Below are positions 19,998 through 32,278 of a stretch of 33,045 nt of DNA, in pieces. A model generated the notes under the pieces. That model saw nothing but the letters and a program-made list of their open reading frames with translations, made no database searches and was not told where the DNA came from. The DNA is taken from contig KZ539137.1 of the NCBI GenBank assembly GCA_000934665.2, positions 1 to 33,045 on the forward strand. Direction: 5' to 3'. Position numbers and translations under genes: made by a program. The number at the start of each line of letters is the position of its first letter. Positions within the stretch are counted from its first letter, which is position 1. Source of the DNA: Catajapyx aquilonaris. Lineage: Eukaryota.

Positions 19998-21064
19998 CAC
20001 AGGACACTATCCAAGTGTCACTCACAGATTTTCTTGAAATTTGGTGCATTGGTAGCCCACCCCAAGAGATGAAAAACGCACCTGAAGTTACCTGCTCAAA
20101 ATGACCCTGTGATCCATTTTTTAGGGGGGCAGAGGTCAACTCATAAAATTCCGAAAACTCAAAATTCCCATTTTTGTCGGCGTTTTCAAGTAAATTTAAT
20201 GGGAAATCATTACCTGGTGCACCACTTGACATGAAATATCATGAAATGTTTGAAATATCAAGCAGTTTATACCCAGAATGTGCTGATGACCAAAACGAAA
20301 GTCATAGTGAGGCCTATTTTGGCAACATTTCAGGATGGCGTGAAACCTGTCACAAGTTTCTGTAATTGTATCTTACATCATCTAATTGTAAGTGACCAAG
20401 GCACAAGTTTGAGGTGTGCCAAGAGATCTCGGCTAGTAACGTACTGGTGGCTGATCGCATGGTGGCATGTCTGTCACCAGATGTATACAAGCTTTCCCGA
20501 CAGTGCTACATGTCGCAAAAGGAGAACAGAAATAGGGACATAGCCTACTACAGTACAACTTAAGAACAAAGGAAAATATTTTTGGACTTCTAAAGAATTA
20601 CATTTTTTCAGTTTCATGTCACTAAAGCAATGTTTGACACAAACAAAATGCTATTATACTAGACGATACTTTCTTGCGAACCAAAAAAACAACGAGAGAA
20701 AATTTTAAAGACAAAATGAAACAAATCTAAATAAAACATAACAGATCCTGTAGTCACACCATGAAAAACAAATCACAAACTAAAGGCTAAAAAAAAACAA
20801 CAACAAATAAATGGTTACAAGGTCATTTTGAGCAGGTAACTTTTGGTGCGCATTTCATCCCTTGGCATGAGCTACCAATGCACGAAATATCAAGAAAATC
20901 GGTGAGGTCGGAATTTTACGAGTTGACCTCTGTCCCCCTCAAAAATGGGTCACAGAGTCATTTTGAGTAGGTAACTTTCCATGCGTTTTTCATCTCTTGG
21001 GGTGGGCTACCAATACACCAAATTTCGAGAAAATCGGTGAGTGACACTTGGGTAGTGTCTCTTG
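19998..21064. mobile_element. Long-inverted-repeat non-autonomous DNA element, unclassified
   Basis: ~160-bp arms (20000-20160 vs 20910-21062) plus an extra tandem sub-repeat at ~20810-20910; termini and TSD unclear. Confidence 0.7.
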
Positions 21065-21361
21065 TAAGTGCAAGAAAGTTGTTAGTTGTGATATTATTAA
21101 ACTAAACTGGGCACTTTGTAGCCTACTGTTCTAAATTAGAAGGATGCATTTGCCTGCTTGTTATCAATTATCATCAATGTGATATGATCAACCACCGCAT
21201 CCAAAGAAGACTGGGGGAAAGCAGTTATCAACAACACATTTTCAATAGGATGTAGGTATGTCACCATCTGGCAAATGTCTTCGATGAATATTACATGGTT
21301 CTTATTTCCCATAACATCATGTAGTTAAGACTTCAAATAAGACATAGGCTAGCACCAATAC

Positions 21362-21798
21362 CTGTTTTCCATAATGAAACAGCTGAGCTTGGAAGTGCTT
21401 AATGAATGCTTCTGCATGGTTCTCAATGGTGCTGATCAACGGCCTAGGCTTATATTTCAGGTTAGGCTTCTGTGACCAGAAAAGAGGTATGGAACCTCGA
21501 GTCTGCACAAAGGAGCTTCGGTCTCCCTTGTATTCCACCACCTGCTCTGTCTCCACATAATTAGCCACGTTGCCCTGTGCATCAATTCCTCGTGTGTATA
21601 GCCTGGTTCCTGCCCGTTGACAACCGCGACGAGATATCAGGCTCCAAGTAAAATTCTTCCCATTTAGGGTGCAGTTGTTGATGCTGATGAATCCATGCAT
21701 TATAGGGAGACAGAAGCGGAGCAGCTCAGGGCGAGAACTCAGAGGTGCCAACAAATGACTGTTCCAGACAAAGCGGGGGTCTGCTCTCTCAAGAAGAC
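21362..21798 (-). CDS. Sac1: SAC1, coding exon 2
   Basis: (G)[12 protein letters not shown]...[33 protein letters not shown]...[20 protein letters not shown]; phase 1/0 canonical sites. Confidence 0.96.
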
Positions 21799-23076
21799 CT
21801 GTAAAGAAAATACCAGAGGTATGTATGTAAATGAAAATTTGATAACCCCTGTAAAAAAAATGTGCTACCCTGCAACGAAAAAACCGTTTAATAGGCTTTT
21901 GTTTTCTCATGAGACACGGTTCAATATGAGTTGTTTTCTTGGTGCACAAGAATGACGTGGGGTATTGCATGCCATCCGGCCTGTAACCATCCACCAATGA
22001 CAATACACCAAGTTACATTCAATATCATAACCGCCGCCCAAGAGCTATACCGGCAGTAGCTTCGTCTAATGGCAGGGTCTCCCAAGCCGGACAGGTCTCT
22101 CAAAGAGATACCAGTCTTTCCTCTCTTTTTTTTCTCCTTGTTTCTGCCCCCATCTATCCCACCTTTGTATCTTCTAATAGCCAGATAGCCATTGTTGCTT
22201 TGGCTCCTTCCCATTTAAAAAAACAATTTAATTATTTGCCTACAATGATAGCCTGCTAGTACAGTACGCCATTAAGGAACAGTCAGTGCAATTATTCGGA
22301 AAATCACATTTTCCCTGTGACCTTTCCAGGCCCTGATGCCACTATGCCACTATGGCAACATAAAATGTGACTGTTGTTCAGCGAAAAAAATTGCAATTTT
22401 TACATTTATAAGATTATAATGAAAATGGTGTTACTCAGCAAATCTAGGATACAGGGAATCACCTTTCTCGTACTTTTAAACATGAAAATTTTATTTTGTC
22501 TGCATACCATCTGCACCATTTGAAGCTCATCTTCTTTATAGAGAATACTGATAAATCCAAAATAAAATATTTTTTCATCAACCCCATAAATTTGCAATTT
22601 ACCATGTGTATAACACATCCCAACTTTGAAAAGCCACATGGTGTCTCACACATGCAACTGTAATAAAAATATATTAAGACCTTTTCAGAGATTAGTCATT
22701 TAAGAGTAGTCTATTACACGATTCGGCAAGAGCGACTCAGAAATAACTTGAGGAAAGTTGCCTATACCTTTCCCCCGACATAAAATAACTCAAAACTGCA
22801 AAGTCATGAAAGAAACGTAATTACACAACATGCATCTCATGTTTTTGTAAGGCAAAATAACGTAATCACAAAATTTCCTTGTTTTCAGGAGTGACATGAT
22901 TTACAGCCTTGCTCTTGTCGGCACAAATAAATGCTGACATAAGTTATATTTTACACAAGTCGTATAGAAGTACTTATCAGGATTTTGTTCAAACAGTTTA
23001 CAGTTGCAATTAGATTGGTGTCTGCATCATCTTTGGCAATTTTACGAACACAACAGCCTATCTCAGGTGACAAATA

Positions 23077-23345
23077 ATAATAATCATAATAATGGATGCC
23101 CTGTGATAGGACTCCTTGGGCCTCTTAGGGGATCATCTTTTCGCGAACCATCTTTAATCATTCCCTGCGCTGTGATGGATCTTGATTGTGGGAGGAAATG
23201 GGAGAACCCCGAGAAAATCCACGCGAACATGGAGATAACCCATCGAAACTCTATCCACATAAGTATCCTCTGTCCGACCCGGGGATTGAACTTGGGACCT
23301 CAGAGGTGGAAGGCTGTGGTGCTAACCACTGCGCCACCGTCACCC
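23077..23345 (-). mobile_element. tRNA-derived SINE, family B, with V/Meta-domain-like core
   Basis: Minus-strand head GGTGGCGCAGTGGTTAGC...AGTTCAATCCC; core GTTCGCGTGGATTTTCTCGGGTTCTCCCATTTCCTCCCACA; 16-bp TSD TCTCAGGTGACAAATA (23061-23076, 23346-23361). Confidence 0.88.
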
Positions 23346-23392
23346 TCTCAGGTGACAAATACTATTTACTGATGATCCTTCAACATACTGAC

Positions 23393-23882
23393 CAGCTCTG
23401 AGGAAGTCAGGTGCTGTATTGTGCAGCCGCTGCAGGGTATGCGTCACATCATAGGTGTAGGAAAAATAGAAACTGGGCGTATCCATCACTGAGTGCATCA
23501 TGACCAAGTATGTTGTGTTGCATCTGTCCTGCTTTTCTGTCAGATGGGTCATAGACTTGGCAAAAGAAACGCACTCAGCCTGCTCCATGACCCACACTGC
23601 CTGGCCATTGATCTCTCCAACCTTCTTCCGACCAGTAACTACCACCAAGTATGGGCCCGCGATTAATGGGACTATTCCTAGTATTCCATAGATTTCTCTG
23701 GTGGCGGCAACAGCAGGCACCTGGTCAATCTGGTTTGGCTCAAGGGTAATCTCATGGCTCATCCGGTTGACCACCAGCATTGGAGGTGGGGTGGGAACCG
23801 TCGGGTCACATGGCTCCACATAAAACTTTTCTGGTGTAATGTGGAGGCGGTACGATGTGTATACTTCTGGGGTTTGAGCCAT
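23393..23882 (-). CDS. Sac1: SAC1, coding exon 1
   Basis: ATG at 23882; MAQTPEVY...IYGILG..L..GPYLVVVT...FYFSYTYDVTHTLQRL; phase-1 donor G|GTCAGT; upstream acceptor at 23918 implies a 5' UTR exon. Spliced CDS 1797 nt = 598 aa. Confidence 0.94.
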
Positions 23883-24245
23883 AGCTGCCAACTTGCATTC
23901 AATCTACCAGCAGAAACCTGAAACCCACGAACACTCTGTTAACACAATATGCGAAAACAACAACCATTCAAATGAACATGACAAATGCATCAATAATAGT
24001 GTCTGACAGTCACAAGACAGTGTGCCATGGTCAATTACCAGAGTCCAACTGGTCCATCACCTACACTTCAAGAGGGCAATCTCAACATATAACCCAGCAC
24101 AAACTAAATACTGCAGAAGGCATTCAATCAACCAACCCGAACCACCCAGTGCAGAAACTGCAGATCCAGTATCAGGCCAGTGCAGTATCGCTAAGCTATT
24201 ACGTCACTTTTGTAGTAAGTTATTTCTGCTGATATATTAGTTTAC

Positions 24246-24997
24246 CTTGTGACGCCTCCTTGTCGCTCCTTGTAGCCACTTGTCACAGTTTGTTTTGCAT
24301 TTAAAATATTGTTCATGAAAGATGAATACTTGGCCTTGGGTGCGGGTGTAGATCTTTAGATTAGTGGCTTCGTTTTTAGCTGCTGCGTCCTCGCTAACCC
24401 AATTCCGAAAGCTCCGAACGTGGCAACTTGCTCCCAACAACAGTTTGCATTAGAAGATATGATAAATTTAGACCACGGTCCATGTACTAGGCCCCGGCTT
24501 CAAGAAATTTTTGCAAGCAGCAATGTAGTGGAAATATTAGGCGCATTTGAAATTAAAACTGTTGTAATTTTGTAAATATAAAGTACAAATCGAATAGTGA
24601 GGCTTCCGGAGACAGCCGGAACAACTACTCTTGTTCTACATGGCGCCAGATGGCATGTCGCTGCCTGTGTTCGTGTTGCCAAATGCACTATAAATGTACT
24701 TAAATGAGGAAACCCAGTCAAGTTAGAAAAACAATGGAAATAGTATCCGAAATAAACATTATGTCTATATAAATATATAGGACATAAAAGTGAAACCAAG
24801 CCGAACCAAGCAGACATAAAACCTGTTTCACTTGAGCACCTGACTCTGGTAACCCTGCTCATCGATCAGCTTCGTTATTTTGTAATGGCCGCCTACTAGA
24901 TATAGCTTATGGGCAGCACCTGCCGGCTGGATTGGCTTTTGGTGCTGGTGATCCGACAGCATAGTTTGTACTGGTGGTTGTAGGAGAGGAAGAAAAA
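24246..24997. promoter_or_regulatory. Putative bidirectional promoter region Sac1/ERGIC2
   Basis: Divergent start codons ~1.1 kb apart; candidate Sac1 UTR-exon donor AAG|GTAAA at 24246; CTTCCGG (~24603), ATGGCGCC (~24640), ATCGAT (~24861) and ATGGCCGCC (~24885) motifs; no TE recognised. Confidence 0.55.
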
Positions 24998-25106
24998 ATG
25001 ATGCAGCTGAGGAGGCGTAGGGTGGGGGTAAAGGACATCAAGCAACTGGATGCCTTTCCCAAAATTCCGGAGGCGTATGTCGAGACCACACCATACAATG
25101 GGACAG
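24998..25106 (+). CDS. ERGIC2: ER-Golgi intermediate compartment protein 2 (Erv41), coding exon 1
   Basis: MMQLRRRRVGVKDIKQLDAFPKIPEAYVETTPYNGT (LDAFPK motif); phase-1 donor G|GTACAG; not in the ORF track. Confidence 0.92.
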
Positions 25107-26199
25107 GTACAGTACAATGACAATGACCACTTTTCAAATGGTGTGGTGGGCATGAGGTTTGAAATATGACACGTATTGCCCATCTCCATTGAAGGAACAG
25201 TAGCAGATGTGTTGGTGTGTGCATATTGTTAGTGCCACGCACTTGGGGTGCAGCTGTCAGACTCGCCCTCCCACATTATACAGGAGATTGTAAATGAGTC
25301 GTTTCTTCCAAAGAGTAGCAAAGTAGGGGTGAATAGGGCGCTGCTTACCCACCCCCATCAGTCTTGGGCCATTCCTGAGGACTCACTGCTATTACTCAAA
25401 ACATTCAACAAAATGTGACCATTCTCCCACTCTCTGAATAAAGTTTAATTTTTATCCATAAGCATAAGTTCACGTTTATACTTCTAATTTGTACTTGTTT
25501 TGGCTTTCCACACAAGGCACAGAAGTTTGTTGACATGACCTGCCTGATACCTGCATGCTTCCAGGCAGCTGGCTAGAATTTAAGTGACTTTAACTCCCCA
25601 AAATAATGCCCATTCAAGTATGTTGATGGGGACTTTTTCCTATGGAATGATGCCAATTTCAAGAAAATTGGGCACAAACAGTGGACCCCATTCCCAGCGT
25701 TGGAATGCGCATTTAGTCTCTTATTACTTGCATCAAGACTTTCAACAACACTTCATGTAATCTAATTCCTCCTTTTAAAAAAAGAGAAAGAAAGTTTATT
25801 TTCTGCTTGCTATGATTGAAATGTTGGTTCAATGCACAAGGTTTGCTGAGAAAGCTCTCTGAAGCATGCTAATGATTTTGTAAGAGATCATCTGCACCTC
25901 TGTAAAGGTGCCTTTACATATGAGCAATTTGACGAATGAAACCTTTGCCGAGGCTGCAATTAACAATCGATTTTCGCCTCAAACAATATTGGTTACTTGG
26001 GTTACTCAGCCTCACCAAAGACTTTGCTCCGCTTTGCTCGTCAAATCGCTCACATGTAAACACACCTTGAACGCTCCCCAATTTTCTGGAATGTAGCCTG
26101 GTCACATAACAAGAACTGCTTGTAGATGTAATATCCATTTGTAACCATTATCTCATTTATGAAATACATTTGAAGTGTAATCTGTTATATTTATTTCAG

Positions 26200-26355
26200 T
26201 GTCAATCATCACATTTGGACTCATCTTGTGGCTGGTTGTGCTTGAGTTCTATTACTTTTGGGACCCACAATTCAAGTTCCATTTTTCGCCTGACACTGAT
26301 TTTGATGCCAAACTGAAGATCAACGTTGATATTACCATTGCAATGCCTTGTGACA
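26200..26355 (+). CDS. ERGIC2: ERGIC2, exon 2
   Basis: TM segment then FSPDTDFDAKLKINVDITIAMPCD; phase 1/1 canonical sites. Confidence 0.94.
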
Positions 26356-26432
26356 GTAAGTTGAAACAGTTTTGCCTGGTGTGGCATGCAATTATATTAT
26401 TGTATTATATAATAGAAAGTGATTATGGTTGT

Positions 26433-26434
<2 letters not shown>

Positions 26435-26498
<64 letters not shown>
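26435..26498. repeat. (AAT)n microsatellite
   Basis: About 21 perfect AAT units. Confidence 0.98.
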
Positions 26499-26499
<1 letters not shown>

Positions 26500-26517
26500 A
26501 GCCAACTCCAGATATAA

Positions 26518-26956
26518 GGGGCCGTCCATAATCCGCGCGGACAGATTTTTTCACTTTTTTACCTCCCCTTTGCGGACAGAAGTGGACAATTTCTTACCTC
26601 CCCCCCTAAAAATTGCGCGGACATNNNNNNNNNNNNNNNNNNNNNNNNNNNNNNNNNNNNNNNNNNNNNNNNNNNNNNNNNNNCCCTGCCCCCGCTTCGC
26701 CACACTGAAAGTGTAATTTTCAATATATTGGTATTTTTTATTTTTTGATATCTACACACAATTCCTTTTTTCAGAGGCATTACGGTATATTTGAGAGGTC
26801 TGACTAAAAAAACGGCCGAGTCCTTAATATTCATTTGACGTTTATTGTCCGCGCGTACAACTGACTTCTACCCCCACCCCCCTGTACGGACAAAAGCGGA
26901 CAAAGTGCAACCCCCCTCCCCCCCTTCACTTGTCTGCGCGGATTATGGACGGCCCC
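26518..26956. mobile_element. PIF/Harbinger-type MITE (contains an assembly gap)
   Basis: TAA TSD; TIRs GGGGCCGTCCATAATCCGCGC; N-run at ~26625-26683. Confidence 0.9.
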
Positions 26957-28313
26957 TAAGAGATGTCAAGGGAGTGCGGACGTCGGTGTCCTATAACTGA
27001 GGTTTCTTATATCCAATACACAGGCCATATATGGAAGTATGCTGGGACCAGCCTGTCGAGTTGCCTATAACCATGGATTCCTTATAGCTGGGGCTCTTAT
27101 ATCTGGAGTTGTCTGTAACAATAACAATAGTAGGAATGAAAATACCTTAGGTGTATGGATTTTATTTGGTTTAAGATATAACATGAGGAACCTTGATGCA
27201 CAGTGTTTCAGAAATGAGCTCATATTTGTATTGGCAGAAATGTCACCTCTCTCCTCTTTCTGTCCTGTTGGTGTCCTGAGAGAGGGAGGTAAGGGGATGA
27301 GGGGAGTGCACCTGCAATTTTTCTGACCTACAAACTCTTGACCTTAGGTAACTCTTCTAGTTTCTATGTTCATGAGTATTTGAGCCACTCGTGTGATATT
27401 TTTAATGGCATGACATCATAGGCCAAAGGTCTCATTTATTGTTAACAAACATTACTGCACGAATTTAAATAGATATAGCTCCCTGCCGCATATTTTCCGG
27501 TAAGTGGACGTGCAGCTGAAAACCATAACAAATTCCCGAAATTCTGCAACTTACTTTTCACCAGGGGGGGAAATCAGAACGATAGGACAACTCCCCCACC
27601 GCCATTTTGGGTGTAAAAAGTGTCCTTGCTCCTGATTCGCTTGACCGAGTGCTCCGAGCTGCGGGGAAGTGGCCGCTTTTTGCACCTGGTGGCTCATATT
27701 ACCTCCTTTTAAACCAGACCTTTAAAAATTTTTAGACGGACACTTAATATTTTTATAATTCATCAGAGGGAGTGGGCAATCATATAGAATTATCTTGGAT
27801 TTTTACGAGGGGTGGAAGACACCTTTAAAAAACCCCGTAGATGTCGCAATTGGATGACGTCACCTTCTCGTGCATAGCATATGAGGCGGTACATGGCTCT
27901 CTCAAGATGCAACTCGGGTTTGTAGGTCTCGGACGCTTCAGCCCCATCTTGTGCATGAATCAAGAGTTAAACCAATGGTGCCAGATCCAGTGATTTTCAC
28001 CTAGTGTGCTATTATTAAACCCCCACCCAAAGAGTGCGGAATCCACCGGGAGACAAACAATTAAAGGGAATATGGAAATCTTCTAGAATTAGTGACATGA
28101 ACCCTCCATCTGGGGAATCTGTAGCAGCCTTAATCAGTCACTTGTGCATGTAGCTGGGAAAGCATGCTAGACTGCCTTTATTTGTTATTGCCTCCCCCTC
28201 ATGCCACCCACTTACTTATCATCTCCTTTATCCCAGTGTTGTAATATTAACTGCCTGGTTATGGGTTCAGTAAGGGTGTTATTGTCAATATCTAAAGTTG
28301 TCTCAAGTTTGTG

Positions 28314-28474
28314 CAGGGTATTCCAACTGAAATGCCTGAAGTGGGTGGTGAGTTTTTGGCACTAAGCTGCTTATTTTAACTACTAAAAGCAACTTCAAAA
28401 GTTACTTTTTAAAATGTGCAGCTGAGTGCCAAAATATCACTACCCACTTCAGGAATTTCAGTTGGAACTCTCTG
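28314..28474. mobile_element. Palindromic MITE-like element
   Basis: ~55-bp imperfect arms (TTCCAACTGAAAT.CCTGAAGTGGGT.GTGA...TGGCACT.AGCTGC); no clear TSD. Confidence 0.7.
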
Positions 28475-28638
28475 CCTACTTTGCTCTCTACCACTTTGCG
28501 ATTAGAGTAACTCCCTGACAGTCCCCATTTACTGGTCAAATTTTTTGCAGTCATGGGTGATTTAATTTGTGAAAATTAGCTCATAATATTTAGACCATTC
28601 TGACATGACTTTTTATGTGAAGTTAATGCACCGATGTA

Positions 28639-28949
28639 CAGGTAGCCAATGGCAGTCAGAATATTCCTTGGGCCAAAACAAGTCTAAAATGTAGGGGAGG
28701 AAAATGTTGAGGGACCAACCGTTAACGAGGTAGACGACCAGAAACATTGGCCTACCCATAGACATACAGCAACACACATGATGCCTCTTTGTAGGGAGAT
28801 CGCCTGGCAGATGGACCTGCACACCTTACAGGTGTACGAGTCCATCTGCCAGGTTGGTCCCTCGACATTTTCCTCCCCTACATTTTAGACTTGGTTTGGG
28901 CCAAGGAATATGCTGACTGCTGTTGGCCATACTAGTAAGAAACACCCTG
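28639..28949. mobile_element. Tc1/mariner-type palindromic MITE, left end partly deleted
   Basis: Right end CATACTAGTAAGAAACACCCTG|TA identical to that of 29864-30239; ~90-bp internal inverted arms. Confidence 0.85.
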
Positions 28950-29069
28950 TATTATACACTGTACTATGTTTTTTATTAACCAGTTTGTGTAATGAAGTTT
29001 TGCTCAGATTAAGAAAGTAAACCAGTATCACATAAGGCTGCAGAGAAGTAACTGAACTTACCCTTACAG

Positions 29070-29537
29070 CAATTGGTGCAGATATATTGGACACAACCAA
29101 TCAGAATGTGATGAGCTTTGGGAAGCTGCAGGAGGAGGACACTTGGTTTGAGCTCAGCTATGAACAACGGGCTCACTTTAATTCGATGAAGCATGTGAAT
29201 TCCTACCTGCGAGAGGAATTTCATGCCCTGAAGGACCTGCTGTGGAAGTCCCGTTATTACTCCTTTTACAATGCTCTGCCTCAGAGGGAATATATTCCAG
29301 ACAGACCAACTGATGCTTGCCGGATACATGGTAGCCTTGTGCTAAACAAAGTTGCCGGGAATTTTCATGTGACGGCAGGAAAGACCCTGCCAATCCCCCG
29401 TGCTCATGTACATGTGTCAGCATTTATGGCTGATAATGACTTCAACTTCTCCCATCGCATTGAGCGTTTTTCATTTGGAGACAGTAGTCCTGGGATTGTG
29501 CACCCACTGGAAGGTGATGAGAAACTGGCCAACCAGA
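29070..29537 (+). CDS. ERGIC2: ERGIC2, exon 3
   Basis: IGADILD...DACRIHGSLVLNKVAGNFHVTAGK...NFSHRIERFSFG...HPLEGDEK; phase 1/1. Confidence 0.96.
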
Positions 29538-29863
29538 GTGAGTCCATATTTTTAATATGTATTGGTTTGTTAAGTAGTCAACATTTAGAGAAAATATTGG
29601 CCAAGCTCTGCAAAAATTAGTGGTTCAAGATAACCCCATGCATGAAATATGTGCAGCGGCAGTCAGTCCAAGAAGGCTCCACTATTTCAGGTGATATTCT
29701 AATTTTGTCTCATTTTCAGTGCCAAGAGAAGGTTGGCTTAGTTTCTTATTCACATGTTCCCTATTTGTCCTCATTTGTGTGTCAGACTCTTTGACCTCAT
29801 ATGTAGATACCTCATGTCCCTTAGATAATGGTGGTCTGGCACCTCATTTTAAGCTTTGTTATA

Positions 29864-30239
29864 CAGGGTGTTACTAATATGGCCAACGGCCATCAGCGTA
29901 TTCCTTGGGCCAAAACAAGTCGAAAATGTAAGGGTGAGAAATGTCAAGTGACCAACCGTTAACATGGCAGGTGACCAGAAACATTGGCCAGTGGTTGCCT
30001 AGGGAGCAGGATATGAGTGTGATAATTGTGACTGTTGGGGTTTGCGATGTCACCTCTTTCACAAAAGTGATTATTATCAGCACTATGTCCTGTTCCTTAG
30101 TGAACCACTGGCCAATGTTTCTGGTCATCTACCTCATTAATGGTTGGTCCCTCGACATTTCTCCCCCCTACATTTTTGACTTGTTTTGGGCCAAAGAGTA
30201 CGCTGATGGCCATGGGCCATACTAGTAAGAAACACCCTG
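29864..30239. mobile_element. Tc1/mariner-type palindromic MITE
   Basis: TA|CAGGGTGTT...AACACCCTG|TA; arms >150 bp; same family as 28639-28949. Confidence 0.9.
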
Positions 30240-30429
30240 TATTTATCCAACTTTGGATGTAGAATGGAGGTGAAGTGTAAATACATTAGGTTTGTCCCCA
30301 GTCACTCAGTAAGCAACAGTTTCACTTTCAACCACACTAATCACCCGCAGACTTAAAATTTTGCGTGTGACTCAAATGTGTGTATTAATATTTAAGCACT
30401 ATATGCTGTCCTTGAATCGGAGGATGTAA

Positions 30430-30553
30430 GCGACATGGTGGTGTAGTGGTTATCGCCACAGCCTTCCACCTCTTGAGGTCTCGAGTTCGATCCCCGGGTC
30501 GGACAGAGGATGCTTAAATGTGACTAGTACTTCGATGGGCTCTCCGGTTTCCA
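30430..30553 (+). mobile_element. tRNA-derived SINE, family B, second internally deleted copy
   Basis: Shares CCACAGCCTTCCACCTCT..GAGGTC..GTTC.ATCCCCGGGTCGGACAGAGGAT with the reverse complement of 23270-23345; 3' limit uncertain. Confidence 0.8.
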
Positions 30554-30769
30554 CCCTTAGTGCAGAGCAAAATAGGCATCCTACAGATTCCCTTTTGTGC
30601 CAGAATTCTTTTGGCTTTCTTGCCACATGATGTTTGATATTAATAATTATCCTTAAAACCTGCATATAGTCTAATACTGACTACTGCCTCCACTCTCCCT
30701 ATGACCATATTAACATGTTGCTAATTAAAAAGTTTGAAGACATAATATAATGCAGATATTTCATTGCAG

Positions 30770-31030
30770 ATTACATGTTGTACCAGTACTTCATCCAAGT
30801 AGTGCCAACAGATGTGGACACAAAACTGACGAGGGTCCAAACTTACCAGTATTCAGTGAGAGACTATGAAAGGCCAATTGATCATGATAAAGGATCACAT
30901 GGAGTGCCAGGCATTTACTTCAAATATGACATGAGTTCACTGAAGGTGCGGGTCACTGATGGTGGAGAGTCATGCTGGCAGTTTCTGGTACGACTCTGTG
31001 CTACTGTTGGCGGAATTTATGTCACTACTG
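30770..31030 (+). CDS. ERGIC2: ERGIC2, exon 4 (the gene continues; terminal exon not identified)
   Basis: YQYFIQVVPTDV...TYQYSV...GSHGVPGIYFKYDMSSL...FLVRLCATVGG; donor G|GTGAGT. Confidence 0.95.
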
Positions 31031-31922
31031 GTGAGTTACAGCTTTAGGGTGGATCTCAACATTGCCTTCTTTAAACAAGGCAGTCCTACTACATTATGAT
31101 GCCACAATAGGCTGTGGTTAAAACTTAAACTGATCCTAGAATGCTTATGGATGCTGCAAGTTCAACGTGTTGTGATGAGAGTACATTTGGTCACATGTGT
31201 ACTCCTCATTTTTAATTAAAACCAGTATGCAAGAAAGAGCAGAAGGTGCTGAGTCTGGCGATGTTGGTCATTTCCCGTATTGGTGGCATTGTAGGATTGA
31301 ATGATATGTGTCGTTGGACTCGGCACTGCCTAAAGGGGGGTTTACACTAGCTGACGGTAGCATACGAAAAGAACGAACCGAAAGAGTGGACCAATCAGAA
31401 ACGGAAAAATATGAAAGGAATCAACTTTTGACGGACACGGAATATGGTGGCCTACGGACCTATCCACCAATGGAAGAGCCAGGAAAGCGGCAGGGGTGTG
31501 GCGAGCGAAAGTGAAAGTGAAGGGGAAAGTGGGGGCAGTGCCTCTGGCGGGAGCAGGACAAAGGACCTTAGTCGTGACACGGGAGCCGGGGGGAGCGGGC
31601 CTGGGGAGACGGGAGAAGAGAAGGGTACCGGTCCGAAGGGAGGGAGAGCCCCAGGGAGAGTCCTGCCAGAGAGTTCAAGCACAGCGCATGGGCTGCGGGA
31701 TACGGGGGCCCCTCGCTTTTGTCTTGTTGTTATTGTTGCAAGTGTGGGATGCGTATTACGTTCATCAAGAAAAGTAGCCTCTCTTAGCGATGCTTGGTGT
31801 GTCGAGATGGAAGTAACTGATGGAAAAATTGAGGGGTCTGAGATAAAAAACGGCCAAGACCACTTGGGGGGGGGGGNGGGGGGGGGGCGTAGCGCAAATA
31901 CGTACATCAATTATGCATTTTA

Positions 31923-32278
31923 CGGAGGCAGAGTGGTGCTGTGGTAATGTATGCGCCCACGGATGTGAGGGTCCTGTTTGATCCCAAGCCCGGGCATTCC
32001 CCCCTTCATCTCGTGCAGAGTTAGGTCGTCTCTGGCTTCGTCTCAGGCAGAAATTCCGACAGACTAATCCACCCGGGGGAGTTCACAAAATGTACCGTTT
32101 GAGACACTGTACTTGCACATACTCTCCTAGTCACCCTGCCCGTGGATCCGTGCGATTCGCTAAAAGGTACCCATATGTACAATGTACACAAGACCTAACA
32201 ACTAAGTAAAGGTCCGTGCAATACTTCCTGAGAAGGAGGTCCCTCTTCCTACTACCCAAATTATTATATTATATACAG
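31923..32278 (+). mobile_element. tRNA-derived SINE, family C
   Basis: Degenerate A box TGGTGCTGTGG and B box GTTTGATCCC; AT-rich tail; 15-bp TSD CAATTATGCATTTTA (31908-31922, 32279-32293). Confidence 0.8.

Noticed and set aside
26429..26716. Poly-Asn ORF
   Set aside because: Translation of an intronic (AAT)n microsatellite plus a MITE and an assembly gap.
27480..27960. CpG-rich patch with CCGCCATTTT and TGACGTCA motifs in an ERGIC2 intron
   Set aside because: No linked exon, ORF or element ends found; probably a repeat fragment and not supportable as a promoter.
31444..31947. 167-aa and 152-aa overlapping GC-rich ORFs
   Set aside because: Low complexity, no domain, and they run through a poly-G/N tract into a SINE; likely repeat-derived.
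31982..31993. TCCCAAGCCCGG resembles the twister ribozyme core
   Set aside because: It overlaps the SINE B box, and the upstream UAA/CUGCC and downstream GAGGG elements are absent.
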